DNA of 64,000 nucleotides from Acidobacteriota bacterium (GCA_963664705.1 OY761556.1:2752001-2816000); one strand, 5' to 3'. Shown: positions 9,744-20,296, counted from the stretch's first letter. Notes: generated from the sequence alone by a model not told the origin. Made by a program: numbers and translations.

Positions 9744-11336
9744 ATGGCAACAGCGCAGCAGCAGACGATTGAACCGGCCAGCGGCCATAGACAGATCACC
9801 TTTGGGCTGGCTGCCGTATTCCTGACCTACTTTGCTCATGGCTACTTCACTCAGATCCTGCTTCCCGCATTGCCCAAGATTACGGCAGACCTTGACGGAA
9901 TGCCCTGGTATTCATGGGGTATCTCGATTCCGCACCTGGGACAGGCCTTTGCAATGCTGATGGTGGGTAAATTGTCCGACATGTACGGACGGCGCGCGCT
10001 TCTGCTGGCATCACTGGCAATCTGCCTGATTGGCACGGTCTGGAGCGCCCTCAGCACAACTTTCATGATGTTTGTCGTTGCCCGCACGGTTCTCTGCCTC
10101 GGGCAGGGGGCGCTGGCACCGCTCGTTTTTTCTGTGCTGGGCGACATGTTCGAACCGGTGGATCGAAGCAGATGGGCCGGCCTTCTCAACATACCGGCAG
10201 GGATCTTTGCTTTTGTAGGCCCTACCCTGGGCGGTTGGTTCGTGGATAATCTCAGCTGGCGCTATATTTTCTGGTGCGGAGCACCTCTCCTTATTATCTG
10301 CCTGGCCGCCGTCCTGTTCGGCTTGACGCGGCGCACACTGCATACGGCTCCCAAAATTGACTCCCGTGGCGCCCTGTCTGCGGCGATAGCCTCTTCAACC
10401 ATGATCCTTGCATTTTCCCTGGCCGGGACACTGTATCCCTGGATATCACTGCCGGTGATCGGATTGCTGGCTGCCTCTATCCTCTGCTGGGTGCTTTTCA
10501 TAAAGACAGAGTCCGGCGCGGAGCAGCCCATACTTGACCTGCAGGTGCTCAAGAATAAGACCGTTGTCACCGTTTCAGCAGCGTGCGTGTTATCCGCCAT
10601 AGGGATGATAGGCATCGGAGTTTATTTGCCACTGATGATGCAGGGCGTTCAGGGAATCAGCGCGACGTTGACCGGAAAAATCATAACTCCCGGCGGCATT
10701 TTAATGGGCTTTCTCGGCGTTCCCACCGGTTTCATACTCGCCCGCACGAAACGCTACAAGTGGATGTATGTTCTGGGTTACGCCCTGACTGTGGTTGCAG
10801 CGTGCCTTCTGGTCTTTTTCAAGGCATCGACTCCCGCCTATGGGGCACTCGTGGTAAACATTATCAGCGGACTGGGTATTGGCGCCATGCCGACTCTCAA
10901 TACCCTTGTGGTTCAATATGCGGTTCCCAAAAGATTGTTGGGGGTAACAACCAGCGCTTTGTTTTTCTTCGTTATGTTCGGCCAATCGATCGCACCGGCA
11001 ATTCTCGGCTCCGCCATGAATACGCGGTACAACAGCGTTTTAAAGGCAACACTTCCGGCGGAGTTGGGCCAATTGGCGAGCGAGGCCACCATGACTTCTC
11101 TGGGCAACCCGCGCGTGCTTCTGTCGGAGCCTGCAATGGCGGCGCTCCGCGAGACTCTCCACAACAGGAGGGACGTCCTGGATCAAACGGTTTCTGCCAT
11201 CCGGACTTCAATGCTATCCAGTCTGAGATTTGTTTTTATCATCGGCGCCGCATGCATGGTGCTTACCCTGCTGATCATATGCACGATTCCCGAAAACTCC
11301 ATCGATGCCCAGATGAAGGACAAAATCCCCAGATAA
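9744..11336 (+). CDS. MFS transporter, 14-TM DHA2 family
   Basis: GKLSDMYGRR motif A, GPTLGG motif C, LSWRYIF; about 14 hydrophobic segments. Confidence 0.9.
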   Translation: MATAQQQTIEPASGHRQITFGLAAVFLTYFAHGYFTQILLPALPKITADLDGMPWYSWGISIPHLGQAFAMLMVGKLSDMYGRRALLLASLAICLIGTVWSALSTTFMMFVVARTVLCLGQGALAPLVFSVLGDMFEPVDRSRWAGLLNIPAGIFAFVGPTLGGWFVDNLSWRYIFWCGAPLLIICLAAVLFGLTRRTLHTAPKIDSRGALSAAIASSTMILAFSLAGTLYPWISLPVIGLLAASILCWVLFIKTESGAEQPILDLQVLKNKTVVTVSAACVLSAIGMIGIGVYLPLMMQGVQGISATLTGKIITPGGILMGFLGVPTGFILARTKRYKWMYVLGYALTVVAACLLVFFKASTPAYGALVVNIISGLGIGAMPTLNTLVVQYAVPKRLLGVTTSALFFFVMFGQSIAPAILGSAMNTRYNSVLKATLPAELGQLASEATMTSLGNPRVLLSEPAMAALRETLHNRRDVLDQTVSAIRTSMLSSLRFVFIIGAACMVLTLLIICTIPENSIDAQMKDKIPR

Positions 11337-11412
11337 ATCAACCCTGATTAGGCACACGCAATTCGAAAGTACCGGATACGGCTGCGCATTGTTGATCCCG
11401 CCCGGATGCATT

Positions 11413-11430
11413 TGTCACAGATTTATGACA
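11413..11430. promoter_or_regulatory. Palindromic operator candidate TGTCAC-N6-ATGACA
   Basis: Same dyad and spacing as 4144-4161; upstream of CDS 11561. Confidence 0.35.
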
Positions 11431-11560
11431 TTTATTATGATAAAGTCGCTGGCGCGGTGAAGCACCTCGCAAAGACAGGGATCCCTGCCCTTTGATGTGC
11501 AGTTCCGGCCCCGGGCAACCGGGAGATTGTGCAGACGCTTCGATTACGGGAGGAGACTGA

Positions 11561-13054
11561 ATGCAGAATGACGATCAGAAACCGGTCCGCGTCGACCGAC
11601 GGGATTTTATCAGGGCAACGACACTGGCCGGCATAGCCGGAACTCTCCCCGTATCGAGCCTGGTTGCCCAGGATACGCCAATGCCTTTGAAGCCGAGGAA
11701 TGTCGGAAATACGAGGAAGGTCGCGTTCGTGAGCGATTCGCTGGCGAGTTCCGATAAACTGATCGACTCGATCAAGGCAATCCGGGAATACGCATTTCAG
11801 GTGGTTCCAATCCAGGCAAGTCTTCAGCAGAAGCCGCAGGAAGTGGCCAAGTCCGTACGGGAACTCAGTCCCGATGTTCTTGTGATCCGGCCGACCGTAA
11901 GAACGGCCGTCGGGAATATCGAAAATATCGCGGTTTCCATGGCGGCACTGGATATTCCCATCATACTTCTTCCCGCGAATTTTGATCTGATCATGATGGA
12001 TACCGATATCGTGGCGGCCATGCAGACAAGAGGCGCCAATGCGGTCCTGGCAAGTTCGGAGGCGCACGCAGTCGAGCTGCTGAAAATTTTTGCAGTCCCC
12101 CGGATTCTTGACGGCAAGCAGGCTCTCATTTTCGGCAGACCCTTTGACTCGACCAGCGTACCAATGGGCAATTTAAACAGAGAGTATGTGTATAAGAAAA
12201 CTGGTCTCCGGATTCAGTACCGGCCGGTAGACGATTTATTGCCGCTTTTCGAAAAAGTCAGCGAAGCCAGCGCGATGAAGGAACTGGAACGATGGAAAAA
12301 AGAAGCGGCCAGAGTCCTCGAGCCTTCCGACAAGACAATTCTCGATTCAGCCCGTTTGTATGTATTACTGCGCTCCCTTGTTGAACAGGAAGGCTTGGCG
12401 GCAATCTCTATCGATTGTCTAAGTTTTTCGTTCAGCGGCAAACCACCGCTGCCGCTGCCTTGCCTGGCATTTACCAGGCTGCGGGATGAAGGGGTTACGG
12501 CTCCGTGTGAAGCCGACGTATGCGCTCTTCTTACCTCCATGGTATTGCAGGAAATCAGCCGGAAACCCGCCTACCAGGCCAATCTGGCTGAAGTGGATTT
12601 TCCGAAATCGTTTGCCATTCTCCGTCATTGCGTAGCACCGCTGCAACTAATGGGGCGGGAAGCTCCCCGGCTGGCATACAATCTCCGGGACTATCACGGA
12701 TTAGGGAAAGGGGCCACCGCGGAAGTTGAATTCCCAATGGGAATCGACGTAACGTTGGGATTGTTCAAAAAAGACCTGAAGAGTTTCGTTCTGTGGCCGG
12801 GAAAGACCCAAACCAGAGCTACCGATATAGACCGTCCTATCCTTGCCAATGCGCCGCCCACCACGGTAAAGGTGCGCAAGTATTGCTCGAATCAATTGGC
12901 GGTGAAATTCAAGGACATCCACGGGCTGCACCAAAATTTATCCGGCTGCCATCACGTAATGATTGCCGGACTATATGAAAAAGCCCTCCGGGAGGAAATG
13001 GTGAGGATGGGAGTCCAGATCATCGGGCCGTCAGACATGGCCTCTCCCGCCTAG
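11561..13054 (+). CDS. Tat-exported L-fucose/L-arabinose isomerase-like protein
   Basis: DRRDFI twin-arginine signal; AISIDC, PCLAF.RLRDEG..APCEAD, ILRHC and GCHH motifs of FucI/AraA-like proteins. Confidence 0.65.
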   Translation: MQNDDQKPVRVDRRDFIRATTLAGIAGTLPVSSLVAQDTPMPLKPRNVGNTRKVAFVSDSLASSDKLIDSIKAIREYAFQVVPIQASLQQKPQEVAKSVRELSPDVLVIRPTVRTAVGNIENIAVSMAALDIPIILLPANFDLIMMDTDIVAAMQTRGANAVLASSEAHAVELLKIFAVPRILDGKQALIFGRPFDSTSVPMGNLNREYVYKKTGLRIQYRPVDDLLPLFEKVSEASAMKELERWKKEAARVLEPSDKTILDSARLYVLLRSLVEQEGLAAISIDCLSFSFSGKPPLPLPCLAFTRLRDEGVTAPCEADVCALLTSMVLQEISRKPAYQANLAEVDFPKSFAILRHCVAPLQLMGREAPRLAYNLRDYHGLGKGATAEVEFPMGIDVTLGLFKKDLKSFVLWPGKTQTRATDIDRPILANAPPTTVKVRKYCSNQLAVKFKDIHGLHQNLSGCHHVMIAGLYEKALREEMVRMGVQIIGPSDMASPA

Positions 13055-13326
13055 GGCAAAGCTGCTTCAATAGCAATTCGGCTACGAGAGCCTCTGATCT
13101 CGATATTTTCGGAGAAGGCTTGGGTGTTACAAATGAAGCCCATGTCCTCATCAGATCATTCCGCCTATCGAACCACATAGTTATCAAATAGGCAGCGTCG
13201 ACGCCATTCCTGACTGTATGGACCAGAGATGCTTCAATAACGCTTTTTTTATAGAGTAGATGATTCTTCTTGACTCGCGAATTGTTCGGAGAAATCCTAT
13301 CTCTCTTTTAGGAAAGGAGTTATGAC

Positions 13327-14139
13327 ATGCGTTGGTTCGTATTGTGTCTTGCCATTTGCTCTTGCCCTCTGTGGGCTCAGCGTCCTGATGCCAAGGGCTG
13401 CAAGGAAAACAGTGTCGTTACAAGAATGCCGGGCTGCATCATCACCAGTTGCGAAAATCGCGATTTCGCATCTGCCGATATGCCGCGAAAACAGAACGAA
13501 AGAGGTCATCAGGTTGAGGGGCAATTGGAACGTACCGTGTACTCCTGCCCGAGAGAAAAGTCCCCATTGGAACTGGGCCGCAATACCGAGACCGCGCTCA
13601 AGAATGCCGGGTTTCAGATTTATTATTCCTACGTGTACGGCAGCGGCGGGCGCTTCTATTTGACTGCCCAGAAGGAGTCTCAGTGGGTACATCTGAATGT
13701 CGTTTCGGATTCGTACGAAATCATCGCCCTCAAAGAGAAGGCGATGGAACAGACGATGAAGGCCAATGCTGAAGGATGGGCCGACCAGGTGAACCAGACG
13801 GGAAGAGTATCCGTCTATGGAATCAACTTCGATACCGGCAAGGCTACTATCCGCCCCGAATCGGAGGCCGTTCTGGCGGAAGTGGCCAAAATGCTACAGG
13901 CAAATCTGTCATGGGCAATGCTGGTAGCCGGACACACAGACAATGTTGGCGCAAAAGACATGAACCTGACCCTTTCCCGCCAACGGGCCGAAGCCGTCAG
14001 TGCCTGGCTTTCAGCCAAAGGTGTGGACAAATCGCGCCTGGTTCCCGCCGGGTTTGGAGATACCCGCGCGATAGCGGATAACAAGGACGAGGAAGGCCGA
14101 CAAAAAAACCGGCGGGTCGATTTGATAAAACTCTATTGA
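13327..14139 (+). CDS. OmpA-family peptidoglycan-binding periplasmic protein
   Basis: Signal peptide; INFDTGKA, GHTDNVG, NLTLSRQRAEAV, NRRVD. Confidence 0.9.
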   Translation: MRWFVLCLAICSCPLWAQRPDAKGCKENSVVTRMPGCIITSCENRDFASADMPRKQNERGHQVEGQLERTVYSCPREKSPLELGRNTETALKNAGFQIYYSYVYGSGGRFYLTAQKESQWVHLNVVSDSYEIIALKEKAMEQTMKANAEGWADQVNQTGRVSVYGINFDTGKATIRPESEAVLAEVAKMLQANLSWAMLVAGHTDNVGAKDMNLTLSRQRAEAVSAWLSAKGVDKSRLVPAGFGDTRAIADNKDEEGRQKNRRVDLIKLY

Positions 14140-14190
14140 CCCGGGTCGAAGACCGTCAGACTCGAAGCGGCAGTGCTGAGTCCGGAGCAG

Positions 14191-14273
14191 CCTTTTCTGC
14201 TATGCGGAGCCCCTCGGATGATTCCAAACCACAACTTTGGAATCATCCGAGGGGCTCCGCATAGCAGAAAAGG
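14191..14273. repeat. Perfect 38-bp inverted repeat with 7-nt loop
   Basis: 14191-14228 ccttttctgctatgcggagcccctcggatgattccaaa is the exact reverse complement of 14236-14273. Confidence 0.9.
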
Positions 14274-14377
14274 TGATGCGGAATTCCCGATCGAAGTTAA
14301 AAAATGATGGACCGCATGCCCGCTGTGATATAAGTCCATCCGCACGAATCACGCACAATCTATCGAGGATCCTGTGG

Positions 14378-15550
14378 ATGCGGACCAATAAAACCCTGCT
14401 CAAAATAGCGATTCTTGCAGTTGGTGTTCAGGATATCGGTGGCGGCGCAGCTTCACCAGCGCTGGCCGATATCATGAAGGCTATGCCGAATGTGCTGCCG
14501 ACCACAATAATGCTCATCACCACACTCCCAACTCTCGGCCAGGTAGTCATGAGCTTTGTCTTCGGAAGACTTTCGGAATGTTTTCGCAAAAGGTCCCTGT
14601 TTTTCTGCGCATCCGCCGTATTTCTTGTCTCTGGCCTGGCACCACTGTTCCTCGATAACATCATTCATATCCTGATCTGCCGCTTTATCCTGGGCCTGGC
14701 CATCGGCGTATTTGTTCCTCTGGGTGTTACACTGATTACCGACTTCTATGACGATCCTCGAGAAATCAACCAGATGAACGGCCTTAACATTACCATCGCC
14801 TGCTTTGGCGGGATGGCATTTCAGATGATCGGTGGGTTTCTGGCCAAAACCAACTGGCACTATTGCTTCTTGGCCTATCTATCCAGCATTGTCGTCTTCA
14901 TGATTGTGTTTTTCTGGATGCCCGAACCAATCAAAAAGGAGACGGGACTCACCGCCGTGAAGGAGAAACTTCCAGCCACTATCTACTGGATTGCCATTCT
15001 CTACGGCGTTACCAATATGATCCTGATGTCGATCGTTACGAATAACGCCGTTGCCATTGTTATGAACAGGTATGGCGACGCGGGTACGGCGGGAATTTCG
15101 TTAACCGGCTATACGGCCGGCGGTCTTGTTGGCGGCATCCTGTTCGGGTTCATGGTCCGAGTGCTCAGGCGATATACGCTTTCAACGGGTTATCTGATTG
15201 CCGCGGCAGGCTTCACCGTTGCGTTTATTGCCTCCAATGCCGTGATGATTATTATCGGCACTACTCTGGTTGGCATTTCCTTGGGAACGATTATCCCTGC
15301 TTCGTATGAAAAAATTCAGAGATCGGCGCCGCCAGCCCTCATAGGTGCGGGCATTGGCCTGGCCTGTGCTTTCCAAGGCTTAGGACAATTTTTCCAGGCG
15401 ATTATCTATGATCCTATTCTGAAGGTGATTGGCGGACCCGGCAAGCCTGCGTTCGGTGTCAGCGCCGTTGCGTGCGCCGCGCTCTTTATCCTGGCAGCTC
15501 TCTTGACCGCCATGAAACGAGAAAAGGCCGTCCCATCCAGCTGCCTGTAG
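14378..15550 (+). CDS. MFS transporter (12-TM)
   Basis: RBS GAGG then ATG 14378; GRLSECFRKR, CRFILGLAIG, NWHYCFLAY; 12 hydrophobic segments. Confidence 0.85.
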   Translation: MRTNKTLLKIAILAVGVQDIGGGAASPALADIMKAMPNVLPTTIMLITTLPTLGQVVMSFVFGRLSECFRKRSLFFCASAVFLVSGLAPLFLDNIIHILICRFILGLAIGVFVPLGVTLITDFYDDPREINQMNGLNITIACFGGMAFQMIGGFLAKTNWHYCFLAYLSSIVVFMIVFFWMPEPIKKETGLTAVKEKLPATIYWIAILYGVTNMILMSIVTNNAVAIVMNRYGDAGTAGISLTGYTAGGLVGGILFGFMVRVLRRYTLSTGYLIAAAGFTVAFIASNAVMIIIGTTLVGISLGTIIPASYEKIQRSAPPALIGAGIGLACAFQGLGQFFQAIIYDPILKVIGGPGKPAFGVSAVACAALFILAALLTAMKREKAVPSSCL

Positions 15551-15561
15551 CGGAAACTAAA

Positions 15562-15593
15562 CAAGGGTAGGACGAGGGGGTCGCCTACCCTTG
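15562..15593. terminator. Hairpin between convergent genes
   Basis: caagggtagg...cctacccttg, 10-bp stem. Confidence 0.45.
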
Positions 15594-15652
15594 AAATTCA
15601 TAGGACACAATCGATTGTCTTATCGCGGGGATCATTTGTTTCGTTAGGAATT

Positions 15653-15928
15653 TCACCCCGTGTCCTCCACATCCTTCACGCTGTTGAGGATTCTCACCAG
15701 GCTCTCTGCTCGCTTCAGATCCAGCCCGTGGATTTTCGTCTCTGATCCAACCGCAATGCCGAACAGGGCTCCATCGGGAATGATCCGGTAGCGATGCGTT
15801 TGGGATGCGGATCCGGGGCGAGCCAATCTCATTCCGTGCAGATCCTTTCCGCAGTGACAACACGAGTCTGTGGAGTCTGGAAGCTCTTTCATGCAGAAAG
15901 GACAAACGCTTCTTCCCGTGTCTTGCAT
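15653..15928 (-). CDS. Small double-zinc-ribbon protein
   Basis: CPFC...CCHC; GGAGG RBS upstream. Confidence 0.6.
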   Translation of the reverse strand: MQDTGRSVCPFCMKELPDSTDSCCHCGKDLHGMRLARPGSASQTHRYRIIPDGALFGIAVGSETKIHGLDLKRAESLVRILNSVKDVEDTG

Positions 15929-16326
15929 AGCCAGTCCTCCATCCAGACGAGGGATTATCCAATAGAGACCTGCTTACAAAACTGAGTCCAGGGAAACTGA
16001 AATATTATACGCCTCTTGAGGGTCTATCATCGAGGATTTTGCGTTACACGCATGAACCATTGCATGGCCGCAGAGCCGGAAATGCCCTGGCACATCCGCT
16101 AGCGATACAAACCGATCCCCATCAAGGCCAGTGAACTTCCACCAGCGCCATAAGAAAAATGCATCAAAACGCCGCAATCTGCGCAAATAATCAATAAAAA
16201 TCAGCTTCTCAGAGTAGCCAATCTTCCATCGATTGCGTACTTGATAGTAAGAGAACGCAAAACTATCGCAAGTATTTGCCGCTTTAAAGACACCGAAAAA
16301 AATGCCAAATGTGAGGGGAAAGAGCC

Positions 16327-17508
16327 ATGGGGATCGGCGCATTTCACAGAATGATTCGGGGATTGACCGGAAAATCGACGAATCACGTTTTCCAGCCTAA
16401 AGAAGCATTGAAAGAGGCGGGGGAATTGGCGGATTCGGCCAAGCCAAAAGACACGATCGTGGGCACTTCATCTGAATCGAATGCTGCCGGTGCCGAGCCT
16501 CCGCCAGATCCTTCGCTGACGTATGAAGCTCGACTGAATGCTCAGATTGAACAGTACCGCCAGGCCAAAAACATACACGAATTGCCTGAAATTTTTCACT
16601 ACTGGTCCAACAAGTTTCTGCGGCCGCGTCTGAATGAGGTTATGGGGGTGGACAGCATCACGGACTTTTATGCCGGCCATTTTGCGCAAGCCTGTGAGCG
16701 AACAGCCTCTTGCCAGCGATCATTTTTAAGCATGGGATCGGGCGACAGCAGTGTCGAGATCGAGGTTGTGAAGCGCCTTCTAGCTTTGGGGCTGCAAACG
16801 TTCAACTTTACTTGCCTGGAAGTATCACCGCCTCTGGTCGACAGAGCCGTTGGCGCGATTCGGAACGAGGGGCTGGAATCGCTGATCCAAATCGAATGCA
16901 TGGACATTAATCACTGGTCGCCGAAACTCAAGTACGCCGGAATAATGGCCAATCATTCCCTTCACCACTTTGTGGAACTCGAGAAGATTTTCGATAACAT
17001 CAAACTGTCGCTGAAGCCCGGCGGCTTTTTCGTAACGAATGACATGATTGGCCGCAATGGCCATATGCGCTGGCCGGAAGCGCTGGAAGTCATTGAGGGG
17101 CTCTGGGCATTTCTTCCCGACCGATTCAAATATAATTGGCAGCTCAGTCGACTGGAAAAGCAATTCATCAACTGGGATTGCTCCAACGAAGGGTTCGAGG
17201 CCGTGCGTTCCCAGGATATCCTGCCTCTTCTCGTACCGCGATTTGCATTCAAGTCCTTTCTTGCTTTTGGCGGGATCATCGATGTCTTTACAGACAGGGC
17301 TTTCGGCCACAACTATGATCCCACGCAGGAGAGTCACCGGGCATTCATCGATTTTGTCAATTACATGAACGATGTTCTTATCGATAGTGGCACATTGAAA
17401 CCGACAACGGTGTTTGCAGTGCTCAGCGCCGATCCGACTGCGGAAACCAGACAATGGCGCCATTGGAGTCCGCTCTTCTCCATGCGGAAGCCTGAGCTTA
17501 TCGGCTGA
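16327..17508 (+). CDS. Class I SAM-dependent methyltransferase
   Basis: FLSMGSGD motif I, LEVS, ANHSLHHF, LKPGG. Confidence 0.8.
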   Translation: MGIGAFHRMIRGLTGKSTNHVFQPKEALKEAGELADSAKPKDTIVGTSSESNAAGAEPPPDPSLTYEARLNAQIEQYRQAKNIHELPEIFHYWSNKFLRPRLNEVMGVDSITDFYAGHFAQACERTASCQRSFLSMGSGDSSVEIEVVKRLLALGLQTFNFTCLEVSPPLVDRAVGAIRNEGLESLIQIECMDINHWSPKLKYAGIMANHSLHHFVELEKIFDNIKLSLKPGGFFVTNDMIGRNGHMRWPEALEVIEGLWAFLPDRFKYNWQLSRLEKQFINWDCSNEGFEAVRSQDILPLLVPRFAFKSFLAFGGIIDVFTDRAFGHNYDPTQESHRAFIDFVNYMNDVLIDSGTLKPTTVFAVLSADPTAETRQWRHWSPLFSMRKPELIG

Positions 17509-17510
17509 AA

Positions 17511-17954
17511 TTATCGCGCACCCGGCTTCGTTCGCATCGCCAGCATCGGCCGGAATGCGCTTCTGTATGCCCTAGCCAGGTAGATCTCCAGAACCAGCAC
17601 GGCCAGCGCAAGGGGTAATCCAGAAGGCAAAAGAAAAACATGAAAGGTGATGATGCCGATAATGACCGGAGCGATGAGCGCAAGCGCTAAGGGGACGAAA
17701 CGGTTCGCCAAAAGCAGGATTCCCACGATCACCTGCGTTCCCATGATCAGCCGAAACATATATCCGCTCTGCAGCAATGCCGCAATAAATGCCGCGGCCT
17801 TTTCCGGCATGGGGGCTTTGGGTTGCGGAAGGAAGTTGAAAAACCCATTGAGGCCGGTGATGGCAAACACCAATCCCATAAGGATTCTGGCGATGACAGG
17901 AATATAGACAGCTGATCGTCTTTTATTTTGTTCTTCTACATCTACGTAGTTCAT
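17511..17954 (-). CDS. DoxX-family membrane protein
   Basis: ARILMGLVF..GLNGFFNF, SGYMF, NRFVPLAL; four TM segments. Confidence 0.8.
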   Translation of the reverse strand: MNYVDVEEQNKRRSAVYIPVIARILMGLVFAITGLNGFFNFLPQPKAPMPEKAAAFIAALLQSGYMFRLIMGTQVIVGILLLANRFVPLALALIAPVIIGIITFHVFLLPSGLPLALAVLVLEIYLARAYRSAFRPMLAMRTKPGAR

Positions 17955-18277
17955 AGCAGTCTTGCCAAATAAGTATTGCAGTTTCCCGCCTCTCATTACA
18001 GAGTGATTCGCTCCAGCCACTCAACCCATTGCCTTCACGATACTCACAGTTCCGCATGGACTTTGCTATTCAAATGATATACCAATAAACAACAGGCTCA
18101 TTCACCAGAAGATATCCTTGTTGGATTTATTCCGGTTCCAAATCCCGTCCTGCTTTCCGCACCTTTAGGAAACCCGGTGCGGCCAATTCTCCAGTTGTCC
18201 GGTACGAATCTGTCACTATCGCATCAACTATCTGACTTGAGATCTCGCATTTTCAATTCTTTGGTGAGGATAATTCC

Positions 18278-18757
18278 ATGAGAAAACACATTCTCGTCCT
18301 TGCAGTAACGATGGCACTCGTCTCAGTGATTTCAACAACGGCTCTCGCGGCGGATCCAATTGTGGGGACATGGAAAACCAATGCCTCCAAATCAAAACTT
18401 GCGCCGGTTGGAAATTGGTTAAAGGAAGCCACGATGATGTTTCGAGAGGGAGGAAACCTGCTTTGGGTGGAAATTAAGGGTACGAATGTAAACGGCACGC
18501 CGTATGTAAGCAAAGGCAACCGTCCGTTGCCAGGCGGGATTGTCAAAAGCGAGCCACCGGCTGCCCAGGGAACCTCTCTCTATGTAACGGTAATAGGGCC
18601 GGGAGACGCCTATCTGACCACGTTCCAGAATGGGAACCAGACGGTTCTCGACCACTATGTCGTCAGTAAAGATGGGAAGACCTTAAGCTGGACATCCAAA
18701 GGTATGGACGAAAAAGGCAAACCCGCTGAGGCTCTATACATACTGGACAGGCAATAG
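18278..18757 (+). CDS. Secreted small beta-barrel (lipocalin-like) hypothetical protein
   Basis: Signal peptide; ADPIVGTWKTNASKS and VSKDGKTL; paralog of 21082. Confidence 0.75.
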   Translation: MRKHILVLAVTMALVSVISTTALAADPIVGTWKTNASKSKLAPVGNWLKEATMMFREGGNLLWVEIKGTNVNGTPYVSKGNRPLPGGIVKSEPPAAQGTSLYVTVIGPGDAYLTTFQNGNQTVLDHYVVSKDGKTLSWTSKGMDEKGKPAEALYILDRQ

Positions 18758-18825
18758 CAAATTTCCTAGGCTCAGTAAGCAGGGGCTCTTCATTCTGAAC
18801 TAAAATCCAGAAGGCTCGATCTTTC

Positions 18826-18913
18826 GCCCCTTCGGGGCTCTTTGTCGCGGTTATCTCTACCGGGGGTTCGCTACGCTTCACCCCCGGCTATTTTCTGACC
18901 GCCCCTCCGGGGC
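18826..18913. repeat. REP-like palindromic unit (gccccttcggggc / ccgggggttcgctacgcttcacccccgg / gcccctccggggc)
   Basis: Three short hairpins; the reverse complement resembles the unit split by the IS at 19085-19102 + 20645-20671. Confidence 0.7.
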
Positions 18914-18968
18914 TGATTTGATTGCGATTCCGGGTTCCTTGAGCAAATAGCATGCGGCATCAGCCGGG
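18901..18968 (+). repeat. 68-bp direct repeat, copy 1 (copy 2 at 20701-20768)
   Basis: 62/68 identity by manual alignment. Confidence 0.85.
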
Positions 18969-19201
18969 ACGGCTGCGTCCCCAGCGTGCAATTCTAAAAG
19001 AGTCGTGACCGTTGAGGTCTCCGAGTGCGGATTGTGCTGCTGCATAACAATTGTTCTGAGCTCTGCGACGCGAGAGAAGCACCAGGCCCGGAGGGCAAGT
19101 AGACATAATGGAGTGATCGGTCTCTAGCATGTAATATCGTGGGTTACAGCTGAAGTCGTGGTGACGAAGCTGCAGAGCCATAAAACATGAGGAGACCGAT
19201 C

Positions 19202-20296
19202 ATGGCAGATTGTATCACTTGGGTAGGGATGGATGATTCAGCAAAAAAGATAAACGTCGCAATTTTTCGCGGGCAGGAAAGTAACCCTCGAGAAGAACTT
19301 GTTGTATCAAACGACAGTACGGGGCTGGGTCGGTTAGCGAAAAAGCTAAGGGCATTTGAAGATGATGTACGGTGCGTCTACGAAGCGGGCGTTAATGGAT
19401 ACTATTTGCAGCGCTATTTGGCCAAACATGGGATTTCTTGTGAGGTTGCGGCCCCTTCGTTGACTCCGAGACGAGCGGGGAAAAAAGTAAAAACGGATAA
19501 GCTGGATGCGAAAGCCTTGGGCAAATTGTACCGAGCGGGAGAACTAACATGTATTGTGATCCCGCAAAAAGAACAGGAAAGTCTGCGAGATCTGGTGCGT
19601 GCGCGAGAAGACGCATTGGAAGACCAGCAGCGAGCACGGCATCGATTAGCACGGTTTCTGATGCGACGTGGATTGAAATATCCGCAGGGCAAGAACTGGT
19701 CGCTTGGGCACCTAAAGTGGATTAAGAGCCTTGTGTTTGAGGATGATGGGGATCAAACAGTACTGGAGGAATATCGACAGGCGCTTGAGCAACAGACGGA
19801 GCGGTTGAAAACATTCCAGGGAAAAATCGAGGAAGTTGCAAAACAGCCGAACTATCAAAAGCGAGTCAGCTATTTGATGGCGCTAAAAGGCGTTCAGGTT
19901 CTGACGGCGATGACGATTATCGCAGAAGCGCTCGATTTAAGACGGTTCGTTGATGCGCCTTCGTTTATGGCCGCTATTGGGGTGGTGCCTTCGGAAAGCA
20001 GCTCAGGTGAACTTGAAAGACGGGGAAGGATAACCAAAACGGGAAACAGCCACCTACGTAGGGTGCTGATCGAAAGCGCCTGGCACTACCGTCATTCTTC
20101 AGTAGCTGGCAAAACTCTCAAGAAACGACGAGAGTGTTTGCCGGCAGAAGTTATCGAGATTGCACAACGTTGCGATAAGCGATTGAATCAAAAATTCCGA
20201 CGCATGCTCAACCGAGGGAAAGAAAGACAAAAGATCGCGGTTGCGGTAAGTCGAGAATTGGCAGGATTTATCTGGGCTATCGGTCGTGTTGCATGA
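19202..20296 (+). CDS. IS110-family DEDD transposase/recombinase
   Basis: WVGMD, VYEAG, KTDKLDA (RuvC-like DEDD), LRDLVRARE, GVVPSESSSG (Ser loop), GRITKTGNSHLRRVLIESAW; RBS GAGGAG before ATG 19202. Confidence 0.95.
   Translation: MADCITWVGMDDSAKKINVAIFRGQESNPREELVVSNDSTGLGRLAKKLRAFEDDVRCVYEAGVNGYYLQRYLAKHGISCEVAAPSLTPRRAGKKVKTDKLDAKALGKLYRAGELTCIVIPQKEQESLRDLVRAREDALEDQQRARHRLARFLMRRGLKYPQGKNWSLGHLKWIKSLVFEDDGDQTVLEEYRQALEQQTERLKTFQGKIEEVAKQPNYQKRVSYLMALKGVQVLTAMTIIAEALDLRRFVDAPSFMAAIGVVPSESSSGELERRGRITKTGNSHLRRVLIESAWHYRHSSVAGKTLKKRRECLPAEVIEIAQRCDKRLNQKFRRMLNRGKERQKIAVAVSRELAGFIWAIGRVA

Noticed and set aside
15974-16342. 122-aa minus-strand ORF in the AT-rich gap
   Set aside because: No motifs, and it overlaps the methyltransferase start; more likely promoter DNA.
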